DNA from: Candidatus Thorarchaeota archaeon
Lineage (GTDB): Archaea; Asgardarchaeota; Thorarchaeia; Thorarchaeales; Thorarchaeaceae
NCBI GenBank assembly: GCA_963726195.1
Contig: CAVSBO010000011.1
Location: 1-58,178, forward strand
DNA: 58,178 bases
Reading direction: 5' to 3'
Shown: positions 48,129 to 58,177 of the stretch, piece by piece
How the letters are laid out: every line of letters starts with the position of its first letter
Numbering within the stretch: position 1 is the stretch's first letter
Notes under the pieces: model-generated
Seen by the model: the letters and a program-made list of their open reading frames with translations, nothing else
Told to the model about the DNA's origin: nothing
Databases searched by the model: none
Position numbers and translations under genes: made by a program

Positions 48129-48574
48129 ATCTCAGAACACAGAAGCGACTCTCTGCGGAGGTCATGAATGTCGGGGCTACTAGGGTCTGGATTGACCCCA
48201 CTTTCGAAGATGAAGTCTCCCTCGCAATAACCAAGGATGACATTCGGCGTTTGGTGGATGAAGGAGCAATCCAAGCCAAGCAGAAGCAGGGAGTCAGCAG
48301 AGGAAGAGCAAGATTCCGCAGACATCAGATGCGCAAAGGTCAGAGAAGAGGTCCGGGCAGCAAGAAAGGGAAGGCAACAGCAGTCTTGACAAAGAAAGAC
48401 CGCTGGATGATGAAGATACGCCCAATGCGGAAAGAGCTGAAGAAGCTCAGGGAGGATGGCAAGATATCTAGCAGGGTCTACCGAGATCTTTACCTAAGAG
48501 CTAAGGGCAATTCCTTCAGGAACACAGGCCATCTTAAGACCTACATAACAGAACGCAAGCTGGGGGCGAAATAG
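48125..48574 (+). CDS. rpl19e: Ribosomal protein eL19
   Basis: QKRLSA, RVWIDP and GPGSKKG motifs. Confidence 0.96.
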   Translation: MNLRTQKRLSAEVMNVGATRVWIDPTFEDEVSLAITKDDIRRLVDEGAIQAKQKQGVSRGRARFRRHQMRKGQRRGPGSKKGKATAVLTKKDRWMMKIRPMRKELKKLREDGKISSRVYRDLYLRAKGNSFRNTGHLKTYITERKLGAK

Positions 48575-49365
48575 TGGCACACGGCCCTACTTATCGAGTA
48601 AAGTTTCGCAGACGCCGAGAGGGCAAGACTGACTATTATCGACGACGACGTCTCCTTATGTCAGGCCTGCCTCGACTCGTAGTCAGAAAGACCAATACAA
48701 ACATGATTGTCCAACTAGTGAACGCTGAAATAGTGGGTGACAAAACAGTCGCGTCCGCAATATCAGGTGAACTAGGAACCTATGGTTGGTCTCTATCAAC
48801 AGGCAACCTTCCAGCAGCATACCTCACAGGACTCCTGGCAGGGCGCCGAGCAAAGGAAAGAGGCGTTGAGACAGCTGTGCTTGACCTCGGTCTCAATCCG
48901 CCAATCAAGGGGTCGAGAGTCTATGCGGCACTCAAGGGAGCAATTGATGCAGGTCTCGAAGTCCCTCATGATCCTGAGATTCTGCCCGACGAGTCGAGAC
49001 TCAAGGGTGACCACATCGTGGCGGCCTACAAGCACTTCAAGGCAGACCGAGGAACTACGATGTTTAGCGACCTGACTCAGAAAAAGGTCGATATACAGAC
49101 AATTCCGAAACAGTTCGAGACTGTGAAGAAGAAGGTCCTTGATATCCCGGCCGCCGATCTCAAGCTGAAGAAGAAACCGGCTGCGCCCAGAGCGGTTGCA
49201 GCTGCAGCTAGGAAACCAGTCAAGAAGCCGGTCAAGAAGGTTGCAAAAGGAAAAGCCGTCCAAAAGGCACCCAGAGCACAGCCAACCAAGCCAAGACCAA
49301 GGAAACTCGTGTCCAAGGGTAAAGGCAAAGCGAAGGGCAAGAAAGGCAAGAGTGGAAAGTCGTAG
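48574..49365 (+). CDS. rpl18: Ribosomal protein uL18 with Lys-rich C-terminal extension
   Basis: FRRRREGKTDY, NLPAAYLTG and GAIDAGL motifs. Confidence 0.96.
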   Translation: MAHGPTYRVKFRRRREGKTDYYRRRRLLMSGLPRLVVRKTNTNMIVQLVNAEIVGDKTVASAISGELGTYGWSLSTGNLPAAYLTGLLAGRRAKERGVETAVLDLGLNPPIKGSRVYAALKGAIDAGLEVPHDPEILPDESRLKGDHIVAAYKHFKADRGTTMFSDLTQKKVDIQTIPKQFETVKKKVLDIPAADLKLKKKPAAPRAVAAAARKPVKKPVKKVAKGKAVQKAPRAQPTKPRPRKLVSKGKGKAKGKKGKSGKS

Positions 49366-49378
49366 AGGATGATCGTCA

Positions 49379-50056
49379 ATGAGCAAACAACAGAGAAGAC
49401 GCCGACCAGTCCGTGAAGAAGAGGAAGCTCTGGAAGAGTGGATTCCAAGAACACGCCTCGGCCAGATGGTAAAAGAGGGCCACATCAATAGTCTGGAAGA
49501 GATTCTTGCTCAGAATCTCGTCATACGTGAGCCCCAAATCATAGACGCGCTATTCCCTGAGCTTCGACAGGAGGTTGCAGACGTCAGTCTGGTCCAGAGA
49601 CAGTCGGACTCAGGAGAACTGAAGAGTTTCCGAATCACGGTAATAGTGGGAAACGGTCAGGGAGTCATAGGTATCGGTGTCGGAAAGGCATCGGAATTCG
49701 TGCCTGCCGTCAGAGCGGCAGAGGCGAAGTCAAAGCTGAACATCACGGTATTCCGAAGAGGCTGCGGGTCGTGGGAGTGCAGGTGCAATGACATGCACAG
49801 CATCCCGTTTCAAGTCCGCGGTGCCGTCGGCTCGATATCGGTGATGCTGAAACCAGCACCGAAAGGTACAGGTCTTGTAACCGCGGACGTGGGCAAACTC
49901 GTCCTTAGGATTGCAGGCCTGAAGGATGTCTGGTCCATCACAAAGGGACGCTCTAGGACCCACTCGAACTTCGCGAAAGCATATGTCTATGCTCTCATGA
50001 AAACCTATAGAATGCTGCCGCCTCAGGAATGGTCAGCTCCGGGAGTGTACGGGTGA
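49379..50056 (+). CDS. rps5: Ribosomal protein uS5
   Basis: WIPRTRLG, RGCGSWEC and PAPKGTGL motifs. Confidence 0.97.
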   Translation: MSKQQRRRRPVREEEEALEEWIPRTRLGQMVKEGHINSLEEILAQNLVIREPQIIDALFPELRQEVADVSLVQRQSDSGELKSFRITVIVGNGQGVIGIGVGKASEFVPAVRAAEAKSKLNITVFRRGCGSWECRCNDMHSIPFQVRGAVGSISVMLKPAPKGTGLVTADVGKLVLRIAGLKDVWSITKGRSRTHSNFAKAYVYALMKTYRMLPPQEWSAPGVYG

Positions 50057-50538
50057 TGAGTGGGGAAGAGAAGATCATCTTGGCAATACGGCTCAGGGGT
50101 CCTGCCAGAGTGAGGCCAGAGATTGAAGATACGCTCGAATACCTTCGGCTCAGGAAGGTGCACCATGCGAGAATCATCAAGCTCACATCAGATATGCACG
50201 GCATGATCATGAGAGCAAAGGACTATATCACATGGGGGCCAATCGACGAGAACACGGCCACATTGCTCATTTCCAAAAGAGGAAGAATCCTAGGCAACGA
50301 AATGCTCACAGATGAGTATGTGAGAAAGAACTCCAGCTACAAGTCTGTGGACGCTTTTGCAAAGGCACTCGTGGGCGGGACTGCAGATATTTCCGACATA
50401 AAAGGTCTGAAACCAGTTTTCAGGCTGACTCCGCCCAAGAAGGGTTTCAAGGGCAAGAGGAATCTTCCGGTCAAGATGGGCGGTGCAATTGGTGACAGAG
50501 GACAAGCCATAAACGAACTCGTGCAACGTATGATTTGA
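50056..50538 (+). CDS. rpl30: Ribosomal protein uL30
   Basis: AIRLRG, DYITWG and FRLTPPKKG motifs. Confidence 0.95.
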   Translation: MSGEEKIILAIRLRGPARVRPEIEDTLEYLRLRKVHHARIIKLTSDMHGMIMRAKDYITWGPIDENTATLLISKRGRILGNEMLTDEYVRKNSSYKSVDAFAKALVGGTADISDIKGLKPVFRLTPPKKGFKGKRNLPVKMGGAIGDRGQAINELVQRMI

Positions 50539-50560
50539 AACGTACTTGAGGTGGACAACC

Positions 50561-51103
50561 ATGTCTTGGGACGACTACCCAGATGATGATGAGGCGCGGA
50601 AGGCACTGCGTAAGTGGCTCGGAGACTTCCTCCCGGAAGATGTGCTCAGGAACATCGAAGATATGATGCAAAAGATGCTCAGCCAAATGGGAGACGGATC
50701 AATGCTTGACCAGCGATTCATCGACGAGCTCATGAAGAATCCACGCGACCTGAACCCCCTTGTCTTTGGGTTCCAGATGAATATTGGGCCCGATGGAAAG
50801 CCCGTCATCCAGAGATTCGGCCACAAGATTCCAGAACACCCGGGAGGAGAAGGAGCACCACAGTTTGAACCAATCGTCGATGTGATTGAAGAGAAGGACG
50901 AAGTGGTAGTCGTTGCCGAACTCCCCGGCGTCGAGAAAGACCAAATCAAAGTCAATGTGAAGGGAATGACCCTGACTATTGATGTCAACAACCCTGAGAG
51001 ACCATACCATAGAGAGCTCGAGCTGCCTGCCAAGGTGAAGAAGGATCAAGCCAGGTCATCACTACGGAATGGTGTTCTCGAAGTACGGCTGAAGAAAGGA
51101 TAG
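50561..51103 (+). CDS. Archaeal small heat-shock protein Hsp20
   Basis: GFQMNIGPDGKP, VAELPGV and NGVLEV (alpha-crystallin domain). Confidence 0.93.
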   Translation: MSWDDYPDDDEARKALRKWLGDFLPEDVLRNIEDMMQKMLSQMGDGSMLDQRFIDELMKNPRDLNPLVFGFQMNIGPDGKPVIQRFGHKIPEHPGGEGAPQFEPIVDVIEEKDEVVVVAELPGVEKDQIKVNVKGMTLTIDVNNPERPYHRELELPAKVKKDQARSSLRNGVLEVRLKKG

Positions 51104-51117
51104 AGGAGAAACCAATC

Positions 51118-51567
51118 GTGTACAAGCGGAAGTCCAAGAGAATCCGTTCATTGAGAGGACTGCGGACCGCCGGTTATGGCGATACCAAGGGTCATCGCGC
51201 TGCGGGGCAGAGAGGTGGCATGGGCATGGCCGGAAGCGAGAAGCATCGAAAAATGAGGACCATGAAGATGGATCCGCACTATTTCGGCAAACACGGCTTC
51301 AATCGACCAGAAGGCATCGTTAAAGCATTGTCCACCATCAACGTCGGCGAACTTGACGAGGCTATAGACAGACTCGTCAGCAGAGGACTAGCCGCCAAGT
51401 TGGGAAGTGCCTACACGATTGATGTCGCCCGTGTGGGTGCGGACAAGATCCTAGGCTCAGGCAAGGTGACCCGAAAACTGAATCTTACTGGAGTCAAGGC
51501 AATTACCCCCGGTGCGAGAGAGAAGATTGAAAGCAAGGGCGGCACAGTTGACCTGCCCGCCGAGTAG
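51118..51567 (+). CDS. rpl15: Ribosomal protein uL15
   Basis: RG.RT.GYG, RGG.G.AG, FGKHGF and KILGSG motifs. Confidence 0.95.
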   Translation: MYKRKSKRIRSLRGLRTAGYGDTKGHRAAGQRGGMGMAGSEKHRKMRTMKMDPHYFGKHGFNRPEGIVKALSTINVGELDEAIDRLVSRGLAAKLGSAYTIDVARVGADKILGSGKVTRKLNLTGVKAITPGAREKIESKGGTVDLPAE

Positions 51568-51730
51568 TATTGCCGACAGCAGGAAACTGACAGTCGAAGG
51601 CTCATCCGTTGAAACCAATTGCTATCGTGAATTAGTCAGCAAACTAACAAGGCATGTCGTTAGCCACCACTATCTTTAAAGGTCAAACCCAGATGTTTGC
51701 CGAGAAAACCTGCAGGAGACCACCGGTTAA

Positions 51731-53229
51731 TTGCCATCTACATTTCTAAAGGCCCTATCTCCGATGGTCCGAATCATGCCCGAGGTCAAGGCGCCTGATC
51801 GCAAGGTCTCTTTCCGAGAGAAAGCGATTTGGACCATTCTGGTGCTCGTCGTATTCTTAGTAATGTCACACATGCCCCTCTACGGAGTGAACCAGTCCAC
51901 TGTCACAGACTACCTGTGGGCTATGCGTGTGATACTCGCAAGTACGAGAGGCACATTGATGGAGCTTGGCATAGGACCGATAGTAACTGCAGGCCTAGTA
52001 ATGCAGCTCCTCTCGGGTTCTAAGATAATCAATGTGGATTTCAGCGACCCTGACGACCGAGCTTTGTTCACCGGCGGTCAGAAAGTACTAGCCCTGCTGA
52101 TGACAGGATTCCAAGCAGCCGCCTACATAGTTGGAAACGCTTACGGCAGCCTGACTGCCGAGCAGGCTGTGCTCGTGTTCCTGCAGCTCTTCGCGGGCAG
52201 GCGTAGTCGTCATTATGATGGATGAGCTGAATTCAGAAGGGTTGGGGCCTTGGTTCGGGAGTCTCACTGTTCATCATGACCAACGTGGCTGGTCAAGTCA
52301 TATTCAACATGTTCGATGTCACCCAGTACGAGACAAATGTCGCGCCGCTAGGCTATCCTAGAGCAGGAACGGGATTGCCCAAGGGCATCATCGCAGCCGT
52401 TTTGGCAAACATCCTCAGATGGTTTGGCATTGGTACCGACGCCGGCCCCTCTGTCGATGCTTCTTGGTTAATCGTAAGAGATGGAATCAACCCGAGTTTG
52501 CTGTCGCTAGCTGTAACGCTTGTGATTTTCTTCATCGTTCTTTACATGGAATCCGTGCGAGTTGAAATACCCCTCCAGTATGCGAAGTACAGAGGTATGA
52601 GAGCCAAGTACCCGATTAAGCTGCTCTACACATCCAACATACCTGTGATTCTTGCACAGGCCCTCTTTGCCAATATCATATTCTTTGCCCAGATCATCTA
52701 CAACGCATTTCCCACGAATGTTTTCCTGAATTGGCTGGGCGTATTCCAGAAGGATCCTGCCAGCGGTAGACTAATAGCAATTTCAGGTTTGGCACGATAT
52801 GTGACACCGCCTCAAGGTATTTTCGCTGTTGCGCAACAGTGGGATGGCGCGCCCCATGTCATCATCTATAGTGCAATCATGGTGTTGCTTTGTTGGGGAT
52901 TCAGCAGGATATGGATTGATATCAGCGGCATAGCTCCTCGTGACGTGTCAAGGCAATTGCTGGACTCTGGATACATCGTACCTGGCTTCAGAAGAAGCGA
53001 GAAGGTCCTGGAGAGGTTACTTGACCGATACATTCCAGTCGTGGCCGGACTTGGCGGTGTAATCATAGGCGTCATAGCAGCGGGTGCGGATGTCATGGGC
53101 GCACTCGCCAGCGGTACAGGCATACTGCTGATGGTGTCTATCATCAAGCAGTACTACGAGCAGATAGCCAAGGAACAGCTGAGACAAATGGGCGGCGAAG
53201 GAATTGAAGGTTTACTCGGAATCCTGTAA
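51731..53229 (+). CDS. secY: Preprotein translocase SecY (extra bases ~52200 and ~52230)
   Basis: LMELGIGPIVTAG, KGWGLGSGVSLFI, YPIKLLYTSNIP and GTGILL motifs. Confidence 0.96.
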
Positions 53230-53373
53230 TCGACCGAGCAGGAACTTCATTCCACTTAGTCGGCCTTCACTCAACTGCTCTTGACCATCCGGTCGCGGCA
53301 CCGCTCACAGAAGAACATATAACGAGGACGCGAAAAGCCTCGGAACAACTCGATTGCTGGGAGTCTGATACTC

Positions 53374-53966
53374 GTGCCCGAAGGAAAAAACCTCGTCATA
53401 GTCACGGGGATCCCAGGTGTTGGCAAGACAACTGTGATTACAACAGCCGTGGACATGGTCAAGCAGAAACACGGGGAAGAGGTGCTCGTCCTCAACTTTG
53501 GGACAGCAATGTTTGAAGTCGCGTCCAAGAAGGGCTTGGTCAAAGACAGAGATGAGATGAGAAGGCTACCAACTAAGACGCAACGCGACATCCAGAAGAT
53601 GGCTGGCCAGAGCATAGCTCAGAAGGCCAAGTCAGCACGTGTCATTGTCGACACGCACGCACTTATCCAGACGAACAACGGCTATCTCATAGGGCTGCCC
53701 GAGTGGGTAGTGACCGCCCTTGGACCAAAGACTATAGTCCTCGTTGAAGCGGCGCCCGACAAGATTGCTGCGAGAAGGAGTGAGGACCCCACTCGCACAC
53801 GTGATAGCCAAGACGTGACAATTATAGAAATACATCAACAGATGTGTAGAGCTGCTGCCGTCAGCCGCGGGTACAATTACGGGTGCAACAGTGAGAGTAA
53901 TAAACAACCGTCAGGGAGAAGTCGAAGCGGCAGGCTACCGAGCTTTATCAAACGTTAATGGAGTAG
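53374..53966 (+). CDS. adkA: Archaeal adenylate kinase (two extra bases near the 3' end)
   Basis: GIPGVGKTT, NFG, RDEMR, DTH and GLP motifs. Confidence 0.92.
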
Positions 53967-54518
53967 ATGAAAATGCAGGACCTGTTTGCAGCTATCTTAG
54001 CATGGTTAGAGATATTTCGTACACCGCCACTCTCGGGCATCCTAATTACCCTCGTCTCCTTGGGTGTAACTTTGACCAGCAACACGGCCATGAAGCATTT
54101 TACAGACGTACGTCGACAAAGGAGATACCAACTTGAGATCAAGCAGTACCAAGACATGCTGAAGCAGGCGAAGAAGAGTCAAGATGAAAAGCTGGCTCGC
54201 AAGATAAGAAGAAGAAAAGCCTACATTGATAGAATTCAGAAAGAGATGCTAGGTGCAAGGTGCAAACCGCTCCTGATGTTCTTCATCCCATTCATGATGA
54301 TATTCTACTTGCTCTCAGGATTCTTCACAGTGGATGGCGTTCAGCAGATTGTGGCAGTCGTGCCGTTCAATTTCGAGAAAATCATGCCTTGGGTGGTTGG
54401 ACTCATAGGCTACCCCACTGCAGGAGGATTCGGTCTCTACTACGTCTGGTTCTATATGCTTGTTGGCCTTGGACTGGGCCAAATCCTTCAGCGCATGATG
54501 GGCGTTAGCCTGACGTGA
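53967..54518 (+). CDS. EMC3/TMCO1/Get1 (DUF106, Oxa1 superfamily) membrane insertase
   Basis: TM, coiled coil, KP..FIP TM and WFYML; conserved position after adk. Confidence 0.85.
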   Translation: MKMQDLFAAILAWLEIFRTPPLSGILITLVSLGVTLTSNTAMKHFTDVRRQRRYQLEIKQYQDMLKQAKKSQDEKLARKIRRRKAYIDRIQKEMLGARCKPLLMFFIPFMMIFYLLSGFFTVDGVQQIVAVVPFNFEKIMPWVVGLIGYPTAGGFGLYYVWFYMLVGLGLGQILQRMMGVSLT

Positions 54519-54572
54519 ATCGCCCAGACTGAACGATGGCGACCTTAAATAACGTAGGCCAAACCAGTTTGC

Positions 54573-55106
54573 ATGAGGAGAACACGGGTCGAAGTCGTCG
54601 AGGGTCAGAAGGTCGACAGCCAACAACCATCAACTGCTTCTGACAACTACGAAACCCGGCTCTGGCGACGCGCAAGCGATAGAACCGTTGACTTGTTTCT
54701 GCGCGAGCCTGCCATCAAAGAGCTCGCTCAGAAGAAGGACCCTGCTATCCTCGATTTGTGTGAGACTCTCTTGAGTTCGGATGATGCAGACGATTGGCAA
54801 GTGGCAGTTAATGCTCTTGCAGAAATGAAGACGGTCGCGTCCCTTGATAGACTGATTGCTCTGTATGTCCAGTCGAATCCTGATGACAGATCCTTCATAG
54901 TCCAGAAAGTGGCCCACTGTCTAACATCAGACCACGCATCATCATTCGAGAAGATGCTTAGAGAGCTTGCTGTTCCCTGCGAAATCGATGTGTCTGGATG
55001 GTCTTCCTCTGCCAAGGCCGTCCTTGGAGCAGTGTGCGGACGACTTGGTTTCACGCTGACTTATGTTCGGGCAGACCAGGGCCGGGCTCACCTACTGATA
55101 AGTTGA
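54573..55106 (+). CDS. HEAT-repeat-like hypothetical protein
   Basis: LLSSDDADDWQVAVNALAEM helical repeats. Confidence 0.55.
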   Translation: MRRTRVEVVEGQKVDSQQPSTASDNYETRLWRRASDRTVDLFLREPAIKELAQKKDPAILDLCETLLSSDDADDWQVAVNALAEMKTVASLDRLIALYVQSNPDDRSFIVQKVAHCLTSDHASSFEKMLRELAVPCEIDVSGWSSSAKAVLGAVCGRLGFTLTYVRADQGRAHLLIS

Positions 55107-55310
55107 GCCCCGTTTGGAACAATCGTTCACGTTCGCTGAGAACGGTTGTCACTATCATGACGTGGACAACAGAGGTGATGTCTGCAGTCGCCTCCAATGG
55201 TCGAGAGATCTGACAATCTCCATACGGTTACTCATGACTCACCGCTTCACTTAAAAGGGCACAAGAGCCGGGGTCTTGAGAATCACGAACGAAAGGATTG
55301 ATGAGGTAAC

Positions 55311-55577
55311 ATGCGACACAGCGAGCTCACCAGAAATAAATCAAACCGTATGGTGAGAACTCCGGGCGGCAGGACAGTGGTCCATAGGAGAAAGATGTAT
55401 CCACAAGGGGGCACCTGCAGTCTATCCAGCGCTAAGATGGAGTTTCCAAGAAAGGCCAAACATGGCTTGAGCCGCACGACAAGCCATTCTTCCAAGAGAC
55501 CGAACCGCCCATATGGCGGCATCGCCACTTCAAGGGCCGTCAGACGAGGCATCATAAGGTCCTTGCGTGGACAATGA
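55311..55577 (+). CDS. rpl34e: Ribosomal protein eL34
   Basis: RTPGGR..H and SKRPNRPYGG motifs. Confidence 0.9.
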   Translation: MRHSELTRNKSNRMVRTPGGRTVVHRRKMYPQGGTCSLSSAKMEFPRKAKHGLSRTTSHSSKRPNRPYGGIATSRAVRRGIIRSLRGQ

Positions 55578-55578
55578 T

Positions 55579-56136
55579 ATGAAACGCGTCATAACAATCA
55601 GCGGGCTCCACGGAACAGGCAAGACTTCCGTCGCTAACAGGATTGCTGAGGAATTCGGTCTCAGGATAGTATCCGTTGGCTCACTGTTTCGGTCACTTGC
55701 TAAAGAGAGAGGTATCACTCTCGAAGAGTTCAGCAGGATTGCTGAACATGACACTAAGATTGATCGCATGTTGGACGACCGTCTTAAGAAAGAAGCCGAG
55801 AAAGGCGATGTTATTCTCGATGGCCAGCTATCTGCGTGGATGGCCGGTGACAAAGCGGATTTGCGGATCCTGTTAGTCGCGCCGCTCGAAATAAGATACC
55901 AGCGAATCGCCGACCGCGATGGCATCAGCTTGCAACAAGCAACGAATCAGACAAGTGCCCGGGAAAAGAGCGAGAGAACAAGGTATCGTAAGCTCTATGG
56001 CATCAATATCGCCGACCTATCGGTCTACGACTTGGTCCTGAACACAGGCAAGTACAACCTTGAGGGCGTGGTCAATGTCTTGGTAGGTGCCATAAGAGCA
56101 TGTTTGATGCCTCCAGATGCAACTGCGCAGATGTAG
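55579..56136 (+). CDS. cmk: Cytidylate kinase
   Basis: ISGL.GTGKT, G.LFR.LA, RIADRD, RY..LYGI and YDLVLNT motifs. Confidence 0.92.
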   Translation: MKRVITISGLHGTGKTSVANRIAEEFGLRIVSVGSLFRSLAKERGITLEEFSRIAEHDTKIDRMLDDRLKKEAEKGDVILDGQLSAWMAGDKADLRILLVAPLEIRYQRIADRDGISLQQATNQTSAREKSERTRYRKLYGINIADLSVYDLVLNTGKYNLEGVVNVLVGAIRACLMPPDATAQM

Positions 56137-56254
56137 CGCAAGACTGATATTCTAAGCTGAATCGGCTTCGTCCATCTCCAGTCGCTCCAAAGGGACGAGA
56201 CCGGAGGCGACTCCGGAGTCTTGCATGACCGAGGAAACACTAAGGTGATGTATA

Positions 56255-56536
56255 ATGAAGCTGTATGAAACTGGACGTGTTTGTGTCAAGACCATGGGTC
56301 GTGAGATCGGCAGCTACTGCGTGATTGTGGCCCAGAAAGATGAGAATATGGTGGTAGTGACCGGGCCGAAGAAAATCAGTGGCGTTCGTAGACGACCCTG
56401 TAACATAAAGCACCTTGAGCCGCTCGAAACTCAGCTAGAGATTGAGGAGGATTCTGACGACGAAACCGTAGAGAAGGCAATCCTGGACGGCGGCCTTCTT
56501 GAGAAGTTTCAAAGCAAGGTCAGGCTTCCTCAATAG
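56255..56536 (+). CDS. rpl14e: Ribosomal protein eL14
   Basis: GRVCVKT.GRE.G..CVIV and GVRRR.CNIKHLEP motifs. Confidence 0.95.
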   Translation: MKLYETGRVCVKTMGREIGSYCVIVAQKDENMVVVTGPKKISGVRRRPCNIKHLEPLETQLEIEEDSDDETVEKAILDGGLLEKFQSKVRLPQ

Positions 56537-56719
56537 GTCTTAACCAGACTTTGTGAGCCAAGCAGTCGTCAGCCAGCTTGAATCTGAATCAACAATCCCG
56601 ATTCCGAGCTTGCGCCAAAACACAGAAAGGCTTGAGAGAGCAAGGACGACACTTGGCACCATGTGATGGCGCATTGCAGACACGCAATGCAAAGTCAGCA
56701 GTCAAGGGAGCAAAGTCGA

Positions 56720-57730
56720 ATGTCGCGAATGCTGCCTGCAGATCAGCCGCGTGAAGTTGTCGTAAGGGCAACAGACACTACGAACCAATCATTCGGCTTT
56801 TCGTCCCTCGAGTCACTCCCGATCAAGTACCTACTGGAGAACGGAGTGATTTGCCTCGACAAACCAGCTGGTCCCACGAGCCATGAAGTGGCCAGCTGGG
56901 TTCGTTCGATTCTTGGCTGCAAGAGGGCTGGCCATGGAGGTACGCTCGACCCTGCAGTCACAGGAATACTGCCTGTTGGACTCGGCAATGCCACAAAGGC
57001 CATGCAGGCCTTACTGCCTGCAGGCAAAGAGTACGTCTGCGTCATGGAGCTGCATGGTTCGGTCGAAGAGGGAACGCTGCGTGAAGTCATTCAGCAGTTC
57101 GTGGGAAAGATCTACCAGAAGCCTCCGCTGAAATCGTCAGTAAAGAGAGCCTTGCGAGTCCGAGAAGTGTACTACATTGACATCATTGAAACCGCCGGTC
57201 GGCTAGTTCTTTTCCATGTAGGCTGTCAAGCCGGAACGTACGTGAGAAAGCTTTGCTTTGATATAGGCGAGGCATTAGGAACGGGGGCGAGTATGGCTGA
57301 ACTCCGTCGCACGCGAGTCGGCCCGTTCAGGGAGGACGAACACCTGTGCTCGCTCTACGACTTGAAGGACGCCTATCAGTTCTGGGCTAGTGATGGTGAC
57401 GAAACAGAACTCCGCAAGTACCTACTGCCATTGGAGTTTGCACTGAGCCACCTTCCTGTAATGACAATCAGGGATAGTGCCGTTGACGCCATCTGTCACG
57501 GAGCCAGTTTGGCGGCAAGCGGTGTCGTGAGCGTCCACACAGGAATAAAGAAGGGCGACTTGGTGGCAGTGAAAACAATGAAGGGTGAGGCTGTCGCGAT
57601 AGCAAAGAGTTCAGAGACTACGGACAGAATTGCGAAAGCAGGCAGTGGTATTGTCGCCTCGGTTGAAAGAGTACTGATGGAACGAGGACGATATCCGCAG
57701 ATGTGGAAGAAGCGGACCACAGAAGAATAG
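56720..57730 (+). CDS. truB: Cbf5/TruB pseudouridine synthase
   Basis: DKP.GPTSH, GHGGTLDP, KEY, GTYVRKLC and a PUA domain. Confidence 0.96.
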   Translation: MSRMLPADQPREVVVRATDTTNQSFGFSSLESLPIKYLLENGVICLDKPAGPTSHEVASWVRSILGCKRAGHGGTLDPAVTGILPVGLGNATKAMQALLPAGKEYVCVMELHGSVEEGTLREVIQQFVGKIYQKPPLKSSVKRALRVREVYYIDIIETAGRLVLFHVGCQAGTYVRKLCFDIGEALGTGASMAELRRTRVGPFREDEHLCSLYDLKDAYQFWASDGDETELRKYLLPLEFALSHLPVMTIRDSAVDAICHGASLAASGVVSVHTGIKKGDLVAVKTMKGEAVAIAKSSETTDRIAKAGSGIVASVERVLMERGRYPQMWKKRTTEE

Positions 57731-57824
57731 GGCGTAGCGAGCCCGCGTAGGGATGTATCACACGCCAATTGCCCTGAAGACTGATAACCGAGAAGTTAAT
57801 TTCCTTTCTTTTCAGAGATGCAGT

Positions 57825-58177
57825 TGGCCTTGGAGCGAAAGAGCGACTAACGGAACCAGCTCCCCTGGAGTTGGAACTGAGGAAGCTCCCAACTATGTGT
57901 CGATGCCGGTCCTGTGCGAACAGGGAGGCGAGAGTCTCGCTCTGGGAACAGAAACGGCACGTCCGGTCAGGATACGACCATGATGCGCAAAGTGAATGTG
58001 CTGAGGATCTGACCGGAATCGTTGAAACGGCCTAACACCGGATAGCAACTCCAAGAATACGCCCATGACGCGTCGACCGAGGCGCAGGGTCGGAGGCTTA
58101 GTCTGATGTCGCGAGGTTCATCTTTGGTAACAGGGATGAACGAAACAGAATTGGGGCTACTCTTCGGACCAAGGCCA
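57825..58177 (+). ncRNA. rnpB: RNase P RNA
   Basis: P1 TGGCCTTGG/CCAAGGCCA; conserved regions GAGGAAGCTCCC, ACAGAAAC, TGAAACGG and AACAGAATTGGGGCTAC. Confidence 0.9.

Noticed and set aside
45630-53966. Programmed frameshifting in rpl5, secY and adk
   Set aside because: There are no shared slippery sites, some genes need two shifts, and the indels are window-wide, so sequencing error is more parsimonious.
57753-57983. 76-aa ORF after cbf5
   Set aside because: It overlaps the RNase P RNA gene and has no protein features.
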